From positions 72,912,001 through 72,976,000 of the forward strand of contig OX597823.1 of assembly GCA_951406725.2 (NCBI GenBank): a stretch of 64,000 bases of DNA, in the 5' to 3' direction. The notes under the pieces were generated by a model. The model had not been told where the DNA came from. It saw only the letters and a list, made by a program, of their open reading frames with translations, and made no database searches. Within the stretch, counting starts at the first letter, position 1. Each line of letters opens with the position of its first letter. Source of the stretch: Octopus vulgaris (lineage: Eukaryota). Positions 50,291-64,000 of this stretch are shown piece after piece. Both the position numbers and the translations under genes were made by a program.

Positions 50291-51036
50291 CCATTTAGTT
50301 GAGACTCATAGCACTATCAACAATCGTCAGTTAGTTAGTTAATTAATTAATCAATCAATGTTGTTATCGTGCAGTGCTTGTGCAAGATATTTCTAAAGTG
50401 AGGAAAGGATGAGTCAATCCCACTCACTAAGTATCAGCAACCATAACCCAAAAAGAAGAAAAGCCAACTTCATCGGTAACCACTGAGACGCAGATTTTAT
50501 GTCGGAGTTATCACAGTTACCTGAGTTGCCTTCTAGAAGGATGGCCTAACATGGCAAAGGGGTCCTTCACTCCAACTGGTTTGACCACGCGATCGGGTAT
50601 CGAGTCCGATAATTTCTATGTCCCCGTGCAAGATATAGCCATAAGCTGGATAAAATAGATATAAGAAAACAAAAAGAAAAACACGTACGATATATAAAAA
50701 ATATTGATATACAAAATATACATTAAATATACGATATGAAATACATAAAAATATATATGTAATGAGCAAACTATAAAAAATATACAATATAATAAATTAG
50801 TGAGAAAAAGGGGGATATACAGTAAATATATAATTATATACATATTGGGTGGCCGTTGACTCTCAAGAGTTCCTCCACCTTTTCACGGGTTTTATTTTGG
50901 TGGGGTTGCCGGTTTAGTCAAGGATGGCGTGACCATGCAACAGGTTGTACTTGGTTACACGTAACCAGTAGCACTCGAAAGTGACCTGACATAACATACA
51001 TACATACATACATACATACATACATACATACATACA

Positions 51037-51067
<31 letters not shown>

Positions 51068-51319
51068 GTATGTATAAATGCTCTCTTCATCAGTATTACC
51101 TGTTGGTTACGGCTAAAGAGCAATAAACGCATTTGGAAATCCGATAGAGGCGGTACTGCGTAGATATGGTTTCTTTACAGGTTTCACCATAAGAAAGAAA
51201 CTTTTCTTCACAGCAACTGCAGTAAATTTGCTTTTAGAAGCAGATATATATCTCAAACGCATTTTATCTAATATACACTTTGCTTATGCCCAATCATTGC
51301 TTGCTTGGCTCTCGCTATA

Positions 51320-51606
51320 CATACTTACATACATACATACTTCCATACATACATACATACATGCATACATACATATACACACACACATATATATATATAT
51401 AATACCTATATGTATATATGTATATATATACATATATATATATATACATACATGCATACTTACATACTTACACATACATACATGCTTACATACATGCTTA
51501 CATATATATACATGCTTACATATATATACATGCTTACATACATGCATACATACATATACATACACACATATATATATATATATATACATACCTATATGTA
51601 TATATG

Positions 51607-51644
<38 letters not shown>

Positions 51645-51965
51645 CCTCTATGTATATATGTATATTTATATATGCATACATATACACATATAGATATATA
51701 CATCCATACATGCATACTTACATACTTACACATATACATACATGCTTACATACATGCTTACATACATGCATACATATACACACACACATACCTATATGTA
51801 CCTATATGTAGATATGTATATATATACATATATATATATATACCTCTATGTATATATGTATATTTATATATACATACATACATATACACATATAGATATA
51901 TACATACATACATGCATACTTACATACTTACACATATACATACATGCTTACATACATACATGCAC
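51320..51965. repeat. Compound AT/AC microsatellite with higher-order duplication
   Basis: The block catacatgcatacttacatacttacaca recurs at ~51446, ~51705 and ~51907. Confidence 0.8.
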
Positions 51966-52034
51966 ACGTACAGATTGACGTGTGTATAAGTAACTAGAGT
52001 GCTATTATACATTCTGATGTCATACATATTCCTT

Positions 52035-52430
52035 CTTTCTATCGATATTTTCATGCCATCGATCTTTTGTCGCCATTAGAATCCAAGCACTCATAGGTAA
52101 GATCGTTTGTATTACAAATGCTGTTGTACACAATGGCTTCACTGAAACCATCTTCACATTCTATTAAAACGTGATTTGATTCTCTAGATGCTATATCTCT
52201 CTGAATCTTATTGTGTCCATCAATTACGTATATGAATGTCATTGCATTTAACTTTCCGCTTGTGTTCGCAAAAATGAGAACGCACACATGTTCCATATTC
52301 CCTGGGCATTAGGGTTTTCAGAATATAAGAATGGTTTCCATGGCATTTTTATAGACCTAACTATTTGTGGACGTATGTTTGGTTTTGAGCGGAGTTGCTC
52401 AAATCACTGGATTCTTCATGCCATTCAACA
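52035..52430 (-). pseudogene. Very decayed mariner-like transposase fragment
   Basis: MEHVCV...ECEDGFSEAIV...DKRSMA*KY loosely follows the mariner MRKVC...EGDxFLxRIV...KRQSMEW pattern. Confidence 0.3.
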
Positions 52431-54411
52431 GTCTAGTTACTTGTATACATAAATAGATACATATTGCATCAGATATTTGAGAACAAAATTTCAATTTCAG
52501 GAAAACAAAAATGCAATTTAGGAAAAATCAATATGTTTTTTTTTTTTGATTTGCAGCACATATTCCTACATAAACCACCATCAACCTCGACTACTGCCTC
52601 GGTGCGGCTTTTGAAACAGCTAAATGCCTGGGATCCATATTCATGTTAGTTCTGACGGTTGCGCGTCGGAAAATTCTTAGCAGCAATTCTTCTGATTCTT
52701 TACATGCTGAGCTGAAATCATGTTCAATTATCCTGACATCCTTTTGGTTTCAATGAAAGAAATATCAGCTGAGGAACTAGTGTCAATGTAATTGATTAAT
52801 CTCGCCACCTAAAATTTCAGAGTTGGGCCCATAGAAGAAAGGATTAACGAAAAGCAAAGAAGTTCGATGGACAGACGGAGCAGTGAAATTTCTCGGTTTC
52901 TGGTTTGGCTCGGATCTCCTGTGGGCAAGAACTGGGGTGACGTTATATGCACGGTAGCCATTTTCACTTAGAAACGAGCCGAGAAGAAATCGTCCCTGAA
53001 AGCACAAGCAAATGTGGCAATTGGGAACATCACTTCATTAATAAATTATCACTAATTCATTAATAAATTATCGTTGTACCCTGTCACAGTCCATATTTTG
53101 TCGGATGGTGGCGTTTACTTTTCTGCTACCTGTGGAAATAACTCACCCCACTAGTCACGCGGGCCATCTATTACCAACGCCCTCTGGATGACTGACTTGG
53201 CCTGTCGTTGTTGCTAATGTGCAGACACGCGCTGCAGCTACATCATGGACTGTGAGTCGGTGTGGTCTTCGTTTCTAAGGCAATCTCCTCTGCGTCATCT
53301 CTTTTACGGAGTTGCAATCCTGAGTCACGAAAACAATAATAGGCGCCTGGCATCTGTAATGTCGCCCGGCGTTCACTGCTCTTTACTAGTATCGCAATAC
53401 ACTCGGTGGAAATTCTACTGTAGCAAAATCTAGAATTCTAATCGTGGGTAAATTCGATATCGTCCTCAAGGAAACTCTATGCGTCGACAGGATGAACTAG
53501 CTGGTCTATTTCGGAGAATTTTCGTACCCGTTACTACCCTGGATATCTCCCAGAAATACTTGGCCTGGCAATGCTACCGGGTAACAATGCCAGTTTCAAA
53601 TAAACTTTAAAAGCAGGAAAAACGCCGTTCAACGGGGCTATCCCATATGCGCTTAGAACGACGAAACCGCTCTGCATACACTCGTAAAGTGTCCAAGTAA
53701 TGCTGTACTATGGAAATATGTCAGCAGCTGTTATTTCGTATGGGATGAGACCGGCTATTTAATAAGGCAGAGCAAGTGGCGTTCCTCTCTCCAGTGGTAA
53801 TTGTGAAAGAAGTTGTGAGGTGGACGAGGATGAAACGATTGAGAAAAGACAGCATCCTCTTTGGTCAATCTCGCATCGCTTATTTTACGTTCCATTTGGA
53901 AAGGAAAGTGAAGGTGGAGAGGGCAGTGCATATGCCAATGACTTTTTGGAAAGAAGGGAGACTGTGGCAAAAACGGTTAGAACTGAGTAGGCGTCTGTGG
54001 ATTGGAGAGTAGGGGAGAGACTTCGTTCCTTTGAAGGTCAGGGTAATTCTGGAGCTGTAGGATTCCTTGATTGGTCCTAGTTTATCGATCAAAAAGTCCT
54101 TCAAAAAGGGTTGTTTAAGAATGTTGAACGAAACATTCATGTTTCCAAAAGTGGATTATTAAAACCCCAAAGAATTCCTCGCAACACATGGTTATGATGT
54201 TCAGTCACTGCTTATGTTCGTGATCAGAGGTGCTCATATCCTCAGCCACCAAGTGACATGCTCAACTGGTTAAGGTCAAACAATTGACAAGTAAATATGT
54301 GGTATTGAGCAGAATATTTCCTGTAGCCCATCTTGTATGCCAAGACAAAACAATGTATATGATAGCACTTCCAATCAGTTAAGATCAGAAGCCATGAGAG
54401 CCAGTGCCCGA

Positions 54412-54412
54412 A

Positions 54413-54492
<80 letters not shown>

Positions 54493-54558
54493 GTAGTAGT
54501 AGTTGTTGTAGTTGTAGTGGTAGTAGTAGTAGTAATAGTAGTAGTAGTAGTAGTAGTG

Positions 54559-54608
<50 letters not shown>

Positions 54609-54668
54609 TGTGGTGGTGGTGGTGGTGTTAGTTGTGTTGGTGATGGTGGTGGTAGATGGTAGATGGTA
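54412..54668. repeat. (TTA)n-(GTA/GTG)n trinucleotide repeat
   Basis: Seen directly. Confidence 0.95.
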
Positions 54669-55121
54669 GCAAAGCGAGTTCACAAAATAGTTGCATTTAC
54701 TTGCTGTTCATGTTACTGTACATGATCCAAAGTTTTCCGTTCCTTGTTTCAAAGGATTTTGTCCAATAGAAGCACATATTTTTGCATATCAGAATGACAT
54801 TGTCCGGTGTAACCTCCATTGTTTTTTAAAGTGTTGGGTGATTTTATAGGTTACATTATGTGTTTGGTAGTAATGATTTTGGTGATGTTAAATGTGTTTT
54901 ATGGTAGTGAATTTGTCCTATAAATAGCCTAATGATGTAAGTATTTTATATGCAGTTAGTCGGTCAAGTGACTAAATTCTATCTACAAATCTTTACTTTT
55001 TATCTCAGTAAGAATCGTACTGGATGTTCGCTTATGCTGCACCGTCTCTCATATTGAATGTGATGTATGTAGTAGTGATGTCCCACAAGATTTTATGTTT
55101 TGGGTACATATTCTCTTTTAA

Positions 55122-55524
55122 TCTCTTTTCTCTCTCTTTTACTTGTTTCAGTCATTTGACTGCGGCCATGCTGGAGCACCGCCTTTAGTCGAGCAAATCG
55201 ACCCCAGGACTTATTCTTTGTAAGCCTAGTACTTACTGTATCGTTCTCTCTTGCCGAACCGCTAATTTACGAGAGCGTAAACACACCAGTATTGGTTGTC
55301 AAGTGATGTTGGGGGTCAAACACAGGCACACAAACACACACACACACACACATATACATATATACGACGGGCTTCGTTCAGTTTCCGTCTACCAAATCCA
55401 CTCATATCGCCTCGGTCCGAGGCTATATTAGAAGGCACTTTCCCAAGGTGTCACGCAGTGGGACTGAACCCGGAACCGTGTGGTTGTTAAGCAAGCTATT
55501 TACCACACAGTCACTCCTGCGCCT
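55122..55524 (-). mobile_element. Near full-length tRNA-derived SINE family B (CORE-like centre, internal (TG)n)
   Basis: Head ggcgcaggagtgactgtgtggtaa...GGTTCAGTCCC, then gtgacaccttgggaaagtg (CORE-like). Tail ggcggtgctccagcatggccgcagtcaaatgactgaaacaagtaaaa(ga)n. Confidence 0.8.
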
Positions 55525-55984
55525 ATTGATGATTTTCACGGGCAAAAAACATTTGGGTTTTCAAAGTACTGAATTGGTTGTGGGAATGTTCATCGAAGAG
55601 AAAATTTCGCAGATTAGAGATCATGAAGAAGCTTGTGTCTTACAGTTTTCGATTCTATATCTCCTGTAAATATCTTACTATAGAAGAATCACTTTCGTAC
55701 AACAAGCAATTCTTCAGTATCAAAAACCAGTAGAAGATATTCTTACAGTATAGAAAATATGTTTGTAGCGTTCTAGTGTCCCTTATAATATTCATTTAAA
55801 CCTATGTGGGTGAGATTATATTCAATAATTACATGTTTGATGCGATTGTAGAATCGAAATTTAACATATGACAACGTTTAACATCTATTATTGCCCTTTC
55901 GGTTCGGGAGCTTGAGCCATTGTATACACTTCTCGATCTTGTAGGTCACAGCTGCGAAGATATCGTCTGTTCCGATAAATATTG

Positions 55985-56052
<68 letters not shown>

Positions 56053-56338
56053 TGTTAACAATTAACACGAAAGAAATAGATAAAAAGTTACAAGGGTAGC
56101 AAAAAATCACACGAGTAAAAAGGTTGTAACTCCTTGTCTTATTGTCGAGTTTCGTTTCTTCATTTCTCTGAAGAGAAAAGTACATTGTTTTGCACCATTT
56201 TATTCCTTTGGAATAATACCAGTGATATCTTCGAAACATGTGTGTATATATATAATGCGTATATATTCCTTTCTTTCTCTCTCTCTTTCTTTCTCTCTCT
56301 TTATAGATACACACACACATACACACACACACACATAT

Positions 56339-56384
<46 letters not shown>

Positions 56385-58659
56385 ACATATTTTATCAATC
56401 TCTTTGTCTCTTTGGCTAGAAACGTTTTTGTGTATACACCGATAGCTATCTATACGCGTATTCATTTATTTCACAACGTATCAAAGTATCTTGATTTATA
56501 AGAGTATAAATGGATATTTACAAACACAATTGAATACCTTACTATTTTTTCCAGTGCGTGACATGGTTTACAAACAAAAGAACTTCTGTTGATCTACATG
56601 AATATTTTAAGTCAAAACTAACGAGGAATAAAATTAAAATAATTCAAAAACTAGAAGATTAATTTTGGTAATTGTAGAACTAACATTCATATTTAATATT
56701 CATAATTAATAAAAGACCAATAATTTTTGTTTAGAATTTATCGAATAAAATTACTAAATAACGAATTAAATAAATAAATGTTTTAAAGATATATACGGCG
56801 ATTAGTGGTTTGTGTGATAGAGATAACTGGATTAAATACAGGAAAGTAGTGATCATAAAATCGTATATCTAATATATTTCAATGGAGTCAAAAGTTGTTT
56901 GCCAGATATTATTTTTGCAACTTAATGTGAAGCATTTGATAATACAAAATTTAGTTAAGTTGTGGTTAATATTCATCCAAAATAGAATGGTGAAATTAAA
57001 TCCTGCTACACTTAACTGAAATGTTTTGGTGTTTTATGAAATATTCTGATACGCAGATTTAGTGGTGTAGGGCCCATTACACGTAAAAACGGGGATTTGA
57101 AAGCCTGTCTAATCTATCTCAAATATACCTAGATATTTCTGAACACTAATGGATACATTAGTGAAACATCACTATAAGAAAAAGCGTTATGCTTCAAAGT
57201 TTGTTCCTCAAAAGTGATGCTGAACTTATACAAATAATGTTACTAACTACATATCAAGACAAAGCGTCCGAGAAATATATTGTATTTATATATTGAAACT
57301 TTTTGCTGAGTTTTCTAAAGGAAAGTACTTACGTATATTTTAATAGTCAAGCAACTTTCAATTTTAATATTGATTTCATCAATAATACTCCCAGTATTTA
57401 TCAAAAGATATCGATTGTTTTAGAAGCAAGGGAGGCTAGAGTGATTGGATAGACAGCTTATAATTTAACCACTTGAAATGGGGGAAGTTTTTTAAACTAA
57501 ATCTACCAGTTTAAGCTCACAATCTACTGTGTTATCGCAGCTGTTACTTAGCCACACTGACATGCTTATCCCCACTGCACTAAATCGAACAAGTTTGGTT
57601 ATGATAATATATGACTTCCAATCGATCACTGGATATAATTCTAATATTATTAGTCTCTGTAAATGATCGACCAGTTATTAAAAACCTAAGAAGCAATGGT
57701 TTTGTGATGAGAGTCGGGCCACTCCAGTCTACTACATTGAGTAAATCTAAAATTGCTTTTCTATTCTGTTTAAAGAAACCAATTGTCTATTGAAGTTTCC
57801 TTATTCCTCAAAGGTATACAAATCGCTTGTATGACTGCTAAATTTATGGGACCTAAAAGAAATTTGTTAATTTTTTACCTAATTCATGTTTTTAGGATCA
57901 GTAACACTACATGTGGAATTAGTTCGAAAATACCTATACGGTTTTTCAAGATTATATTAGGTTGATGCTTAGCAACATATTGAATTCATTGTCTATTTCA
58001 GATGCTGGTGGCAGTGTACGACATTCTGCATTCATAATGTTACATATGTTAGAATGTTATTTTTCTTTTTTAATGAAACTTCCTGGTATTTACACATAAA
58101 ATATAAATTATATTTATATTGTTGCATAGATACAACACATTCGAATATAAAATCTTTTTAAAATAAAAAAATAACTTCTTTATGAAAAATATTTTACGAA
58201 ACAGTATTATAAAATTTAATCTATAAAACAAGTCCAATATCTAATGAAACTAACTTTAGAAAACAACTCTTCTTTCCCTTCAAATATATTTAACTTCTAT
58301 TTTTTTTTTTTGTTCAGTATTGAACATGCATACGTATATATGTATGGGCGAGAGAATGGATGAATATATCTATATGTCGGTGTATCTGTGTATACATTTA
58401 AATATTTTTATGCGAAACAGATTTACATACATATATATATATATATATAATGTGCAAATCTATATGTGTGTGTGTGCATGGGTGTGAGTGTGTAGATATG
58501 GTTTCCACATATACTGTGCGCTATTATATCTCTCTTATCGTCTGCTTGCTTCAGTCATTAGATTTTGGAGGGGGAGAAAAAACACACACACACTCACTCA
58601 CTCACACACTTACACATACACATACACACACACATACACACACATATATATATGCATAT

Positions 58660-58694
<35 letters not shown>

Positions 58695-60431
58695 GATAGA
58701 TAGATAGATAGATACATACATACATACATACATACATACATACATACATACATAGATACATACATACATACATAGATAGATATGTATATATATATATATA
58801 TATATATCCTATTATAGATTTGTGTGATATATCTCTGTCCCTTACGTTATTATATTCGTTAACTCCTCCTACACCGTTGGTGGAAGGACAACGGAACTCA
58901 AACCAGTAACTCCCTTAATCCCATGGAATGTTTTAAGGGCCGCCTAATTGGGGCGCCGCAGACCCCTATTTTTCTACGTTGTAGACTAAATACATTGCAT
59001 TGGCGACTGAATAGTAGCAATGACAATGAATTTCATACCACGAACTCCCAGGGAGTATCGTAACGAGGTTCAATTTCTGAAGGGCTGCTTAAATGGGTCC
59101 CACTGACCCTCCTTCCCCTAGTTTTTCTGCACTTACCTTGCTCTTACGCTTATTGATAAAACTATGACCAGCATCAGTGCTTAGCACATTTGCAGAAATG
59201 CTTGATTACGCAAGGGTAGAGTACCGCAAAGAAGCCCGATACTTGGGCCGAAGACCTCAATAGTACCACCTGCAGTGGCATGGAGCTCGGAACTATGTGG
59301 TTGGGATGGAAATGTCTTATCACACAGCTACGGGTGTGCCTACTTAATAACATTGTCTTTCTTTTGTAAGTCGGATGTTAGCTTTAAACCAAAACAAATC
59401 TTGGTTTATGAAATATGTAATTCTCAAAATAATGTAAATAACTTAAAATACTGTGGAAAATCATCTTGGTTGGACAGCATGTTTCAGGGAATTGCAGCTG
59501 GACCAAAGATGTTCAATATAAGAATGTTACTAAATTACAAGATGACTTCCGAGAGATTAATCATTTAATTACTTTATTTGGAACATTTTAGGTAAAGGAA
59601 GGGCACATCAATTTTCCTGCTAAAAGACATTAAGTTATGGCTACATATTTTTTGACGTAGAGCAGTTGATAAGCTGGGGTGGGAATGTGTTGTGTAGTTA
59701 ATATAAGATTAAATGCTCATCGTACTGAATTGGCATCTGGTTTACGCCCATTTCTATATTCTTTGATTGTTTACTGATATTCACCAGTGATCATCCACCG
59801 GTTACGATTATTTAGGATGTAAATTGAATCGTCTTCAAGGGGAGGCGGTTTTTATAAGTAACACACATCCATCGAATATTTGCAACAGGAATTAAAGTAA
59901 CATTCTCGGTGACTGCAACGCAAAACTGTGGAATAGTTTAGAACACTATGCATTAAAACACAGAAATCAAACACTAATCTAACGATTTACTTACATAGAC
60001 TTGAAGTTAACTGTTTGTGAAATATTCTTTAAAATAACGGGATTCTCAAATTAAATTCCATATATAAGTGTACCAATAAAAGGGACATGATTTACGACTT
60101 TTTAATTCAATTATGTGAAATATGTCAAAGATGTAGAAGGCAGAATATGTGGCAAGGTTTATAAATTGGTTGAACCAAATAGAAGCAAAATAACGAGCAT
60201 AATTTTTAACGCTAAGCGCCCCTATGATTTGTAAATTAAACATTTTCAAGTATAATATAGTAATATTTTAACCCTTTAGCTCATAACATTCTTTTCGGAT
60301 CTTTACCTTGTGACCTACAGATTTAAAAAGTAATTTTTGTAATTAAACACTTTCAAACTTCGGACACTGGTAGAATGTGTCATATAAAACATCTTTTACT
60401 CTTAGCATTTTTGAGAAAAACTTATATTCAT

Positions 60432-61036
60432 ATTTATTAGATCGACCCCATTATGCAACTGGCACTTAATTTATCGACGCAGAATGGATGAAAAGCAAAG
60501 TCGACCTTGGCGGAATTTGAACCCAAAACGTAAAGACGGACGAAATACTGCTGAGAATTTTGCCCGGCGTGCTAACGTTCCAGCCGGCTCACCGACTTAA
60601 AATTTGAAACCAATATTTATTTCTTTATTGCCCACAGGATGGTGGTGGTGGGACTAAACATAGAGGGGACAAAGAAGGTATTAAGTCGATTAGATGGACC
60701 GCAGTGCGAAGCTGATACTTATTTAATCGACCCCGAAAGGATGAAAGGCAAAGTCGACCACGGCGGAATTTGATCCCAGAACGTAAAGGCAGACGAAATA
60801 CCTATTTTTTTACTACCCACAATGGGATAAACACAGAGGAGACAAACAAGGACAGACACACGGATTAAGTCGATTAGATCGACCCCAGTGCGTAAGTGGT
60901 ACTTATTTAAACGACCCCGAAAGGATGAAAACGAAAGTCGACCTCGGCGGAATTTGAACTCAGAACGTAACGGCAGACGAAATACGGCTACCGCATTTCG
61001 CCCGGCGTGCTAACGTTTCTGGCAGATCGCTACCCT
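60432..61036 (-). mobile_element. Multimeric SINE family A (three body copies, two heads)
   Basis: ggatgaaa.gcaaagtcgacc..ggcggaatttga occurs three times; cccggcgtgctaacgtt occurs twice. Confidence 0.8.
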
Positions 61037-64000
61037 CTTTAGCTCATAATATTAAATGAAATAATATTAACTTCAGTATAAATTTGGCAGGTTACAAATT
61101 ATAAAAGCAAGGACATGCTCAGCAATAAAAATAAGAGCAAACGAAACTTATTACGTAAGGAAAGATTTCTACGTAAACAACTCATTTGGAATGAAAACTT
61201 ATTGGACTACTGTAACTACTGAATCGAACGTACTTATTATCTTCCAAAAAACAAAAAGTATCACGTGTTATGTTTGCTCTCTTATAAATCGTATTACTAT
61301 TCTTTGCTCAATCTTATGCTCCTATTGAACTAGCAATAGCAAAACACTTAGTAAAGATCCAAAAAATATCTATCACCAGCGTCAATATTTTTTTAGAAAT
61401 CTGCTAAATTACTTACGAAACAAGAAAGAGTTCTCTAGCAATGTCCATGAAAACGCTTTCTTGATTATGTATCAATTTTCGAAGAAATAAGATTTGCCAT
61501 CATTGTGGTTCCAGGAATCGTATGTAAACAAGAGGAAATAGAATGCTGGATAGTTACAATCTCTAGGAAAAAGATTCAGTTCCATAAGGTTTGAGAGATG
61601 CGAGACTGAATGTGTTTTATAGAGAAAACTTTTGTAGAAACATTTACCGCAATTTTCTGTACTTGTATTATCTCCTTGTTGGTGTTGTGGGGAAATATTG
61701 CACATAATAACTCTTGATGGGCTCCGTCAACTCATTGTGATACCTATATCTTCTTCCTGCGTCGTAGTTTCATTTCAGTACTGAACAAGGAACGAATGAA
61801 ATTTTCTCAGTTCTCCCCCATCATTTTGCATCGCCTACACTAAGATCGTACTCCCAGAAAAGCTGATTGTCCTGATAAATTAAACCTATTGCCAAACATT
61901 TCATGTTGATATTTTAACACTTTTCAACAAAAGTTTTCAACACATTTTTGTTTTTATTTTAGAACGACTAAGTATGTAATGTTGAGATTTTGAAGTCAGC
62001 TAGCGTTGTATGCATGCATGTCCTCTCACAAAGTGTAGTGTGCTGGACGTTAGTTCATAAGGAAAAGTAAGGTGAACTATTTTTTTCTAGAAATGGCCCA
62101 TCCATACACGGCATTAAGTCTGCCTTTATACTCATTTGAAAAACCAAGTTTATATTCATGTAGAAATGTTATACAACCAAGCATTTTACAAAGAATTGCA
62201 GAAAATACGCAAAATTACTGGAGAGTAATCCATATGGTCCGAATATATTAATAAATAAACAAATAAATTAGTCAATTAGTGATTCAGTCGTCAAAGGAGA
62301 AAATGGTTATATTTTAAAATGCTCTTAGCACAATAATCCTCTGACAGAAACGATAAAATAAAAGATATTTAAAGAATTCGTAACTACAGTATGTGTTCCG
62401 TTGTATGCTTGCTAAGAATAGTAAATAATAATTAGATTATAATTAGATTAAAAATTAAATTAAGTTAAGTGAAAATTATGAAAAAGGAGCAAATTTAGAG
62501 GAATAACTTTCGGCATTAGAGAATGAAGATATCGTTGAAGAATTAGTTCCACAGAGTGTAAGGGAAAATATGGCGAGAGATGAAAGAAAATATAAAGTGT
62601 ATGCGATAATGTAAAATGAAAATCTTCTTCTAAAAGTGTTAGGTTAATTAATTAATTAAATGATTAAGTGAATATGTTAACAATAGATATGAAGCAATAA
62701 GGTAAATTGATATGAAGAATGGCAACATAGTGGATAAACTAGGGAAAGATTTTGAGGAAAATCCGAGCAGTCGAAAGACGTTCAAATATGAGAATGAATA
62801 AAAAATGTTGAATATTAAAGGAAGAAACCTAAATGAAGTAGATGAAAGAAACCTATATAAATTGTTTCAAGTAGAAATTTCGATGCTAAATCAAAATGAA
62901 TAAGCAAAAATAATCCAGGAATGGTGGTGACAGAGAAGTTAACGTTTATCGATGTAATATAAAAACGAATGAATTTGAATATGAGGAGCGACGTGTAAAA
63001 TTGGGAATGATTTGTAAGGCTTCTGAATAACAATAAGTGCAGTGTTTACGTTGAAAGCATAACAAAGAAATAAGATGGTTCTGAACGTGATACATTGATG
63101 TGAGTATTATTTACCATCTTTATAAATCAGTTGAAGTAGTGGTGGTGCAAATTAAATTTAAATGAATACATTGATACGTGAACCCATACTAATTAAATGG
63201 AAGTTAATTTTGTACATATGCAGAGAAATATTAACCCCTAACGTAAGCAAAATATTTACAATATATATGAATTTATAAATATTCTAAATTAATATGATGA
63301 TTTCATTTGAGGTGACAGTGAATATTCTCTGAAAGTATGGTCTTAACCAAATAAGATTTTCAGTTTTAAGATACTGAAATATTTCCTGGCATTTTGTTGC
63401 TTGTTTAGGATTTAGCTGTAGATAAAGTGCTCCATTTGAATTAATATGTTAATTACTTCTATTTAAATTCCGAGAAGGAGCATGAGAAAGAGAGGTTTCA
63501 TTACATGGATCGGGATTTCCAGATGAGTGAGTATGATTACTGAAGCAGATTTATTAATAAAAAAAAATCCGCCCTTTAAATTGTTAATCTGTGCTGTGGT
63601 TTGATAAACTATATAATTAGCTATGTAGTTAGAATGTAGAGGAAAAATGATAAATACACAGAGTTAGGTATTGTTAGGTATTTAGTAAGTTTATCCAGAA
63701 AAAAACATTGAAAAGTTGGGGTTTGATTTTGTTTCAAAATGTTAGGATATTTGTTCTATGGGTTGTCTAGCAGAAAATTTATCATATTAATGTTAGTTGC
63801 CTTAAATATTTGCACGTTTAGTTTTCAGCGGATATAGCAAAAGGAGACCGATGTGATCGCTTATTAAGAAGCTAACATATAACAGAAAATTTAAATGAGG
63901 TTTATTCTCATAAAATCATTGAAATTTACGAAAATTTTTCATCAATGTAATATATAACCTACTTGGGAGACAGTTATGTCGGTAATCGATTTTGCAAAAT

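Noticed and set aside
52780-54150. Faint Gypsy pol-like (RNase H/integrase) traces here and at ~28120-28560, 34450-34800 and 45540-46000
   Set aside because: The resemblance is too weak to support by eye; it needs a profile-HMM or tblastn search.
61472-61705. 77-aa ORF with a vague mariner-like C-terminus
   Set aside because: No intact YSPDLAP or DDD motif and no TIRs identified.

Overview
AT-rich eukaryotic DNA saturated with microsatellites and repeats. The SINE families and the (AT)n/(ATAC)n/(ATAG)n load look like an octopus or other cephalopod genome (inference). I found no intact host gene, and most ORFs in the track are translations of microsatellites. The window is a graveyard of mobile elements: a 5' Ty3/Gypsy fragment (LTR-gag-protease with a -1 frameshift signal), two identically deleted mariner elements, a DD37D/maT-like transposon, a hAT MITE, a probable Helitron, RTE-like and R4/Dong-like LINE fragments, three tRNA-derived SINE families, and a 5'-truncated Penelope-like element (PLE) with a GIY-YIG endonuclease. 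The strongest unexplained signal is a dense set of minimal type I hammerhead ribozyme (HHR) motifs, about 10 near-intact and about 6 degenerate. They lie in small non-coding elements next to (AT)n tracts that form tandem and inverted arrays. Examples are a young 3.2-kb array of ~558-bp HHR-bearing monomers (22841-26011), a perfect 132-bp palindrome with an HHR on each strand (40514-40645), and a tRNA-headed SINE carrying an HHR core (41543-41801). Together they suggest a PLE-dependent, retrozyme-like system. Self-cleavage is predicted from by-eye folding only.
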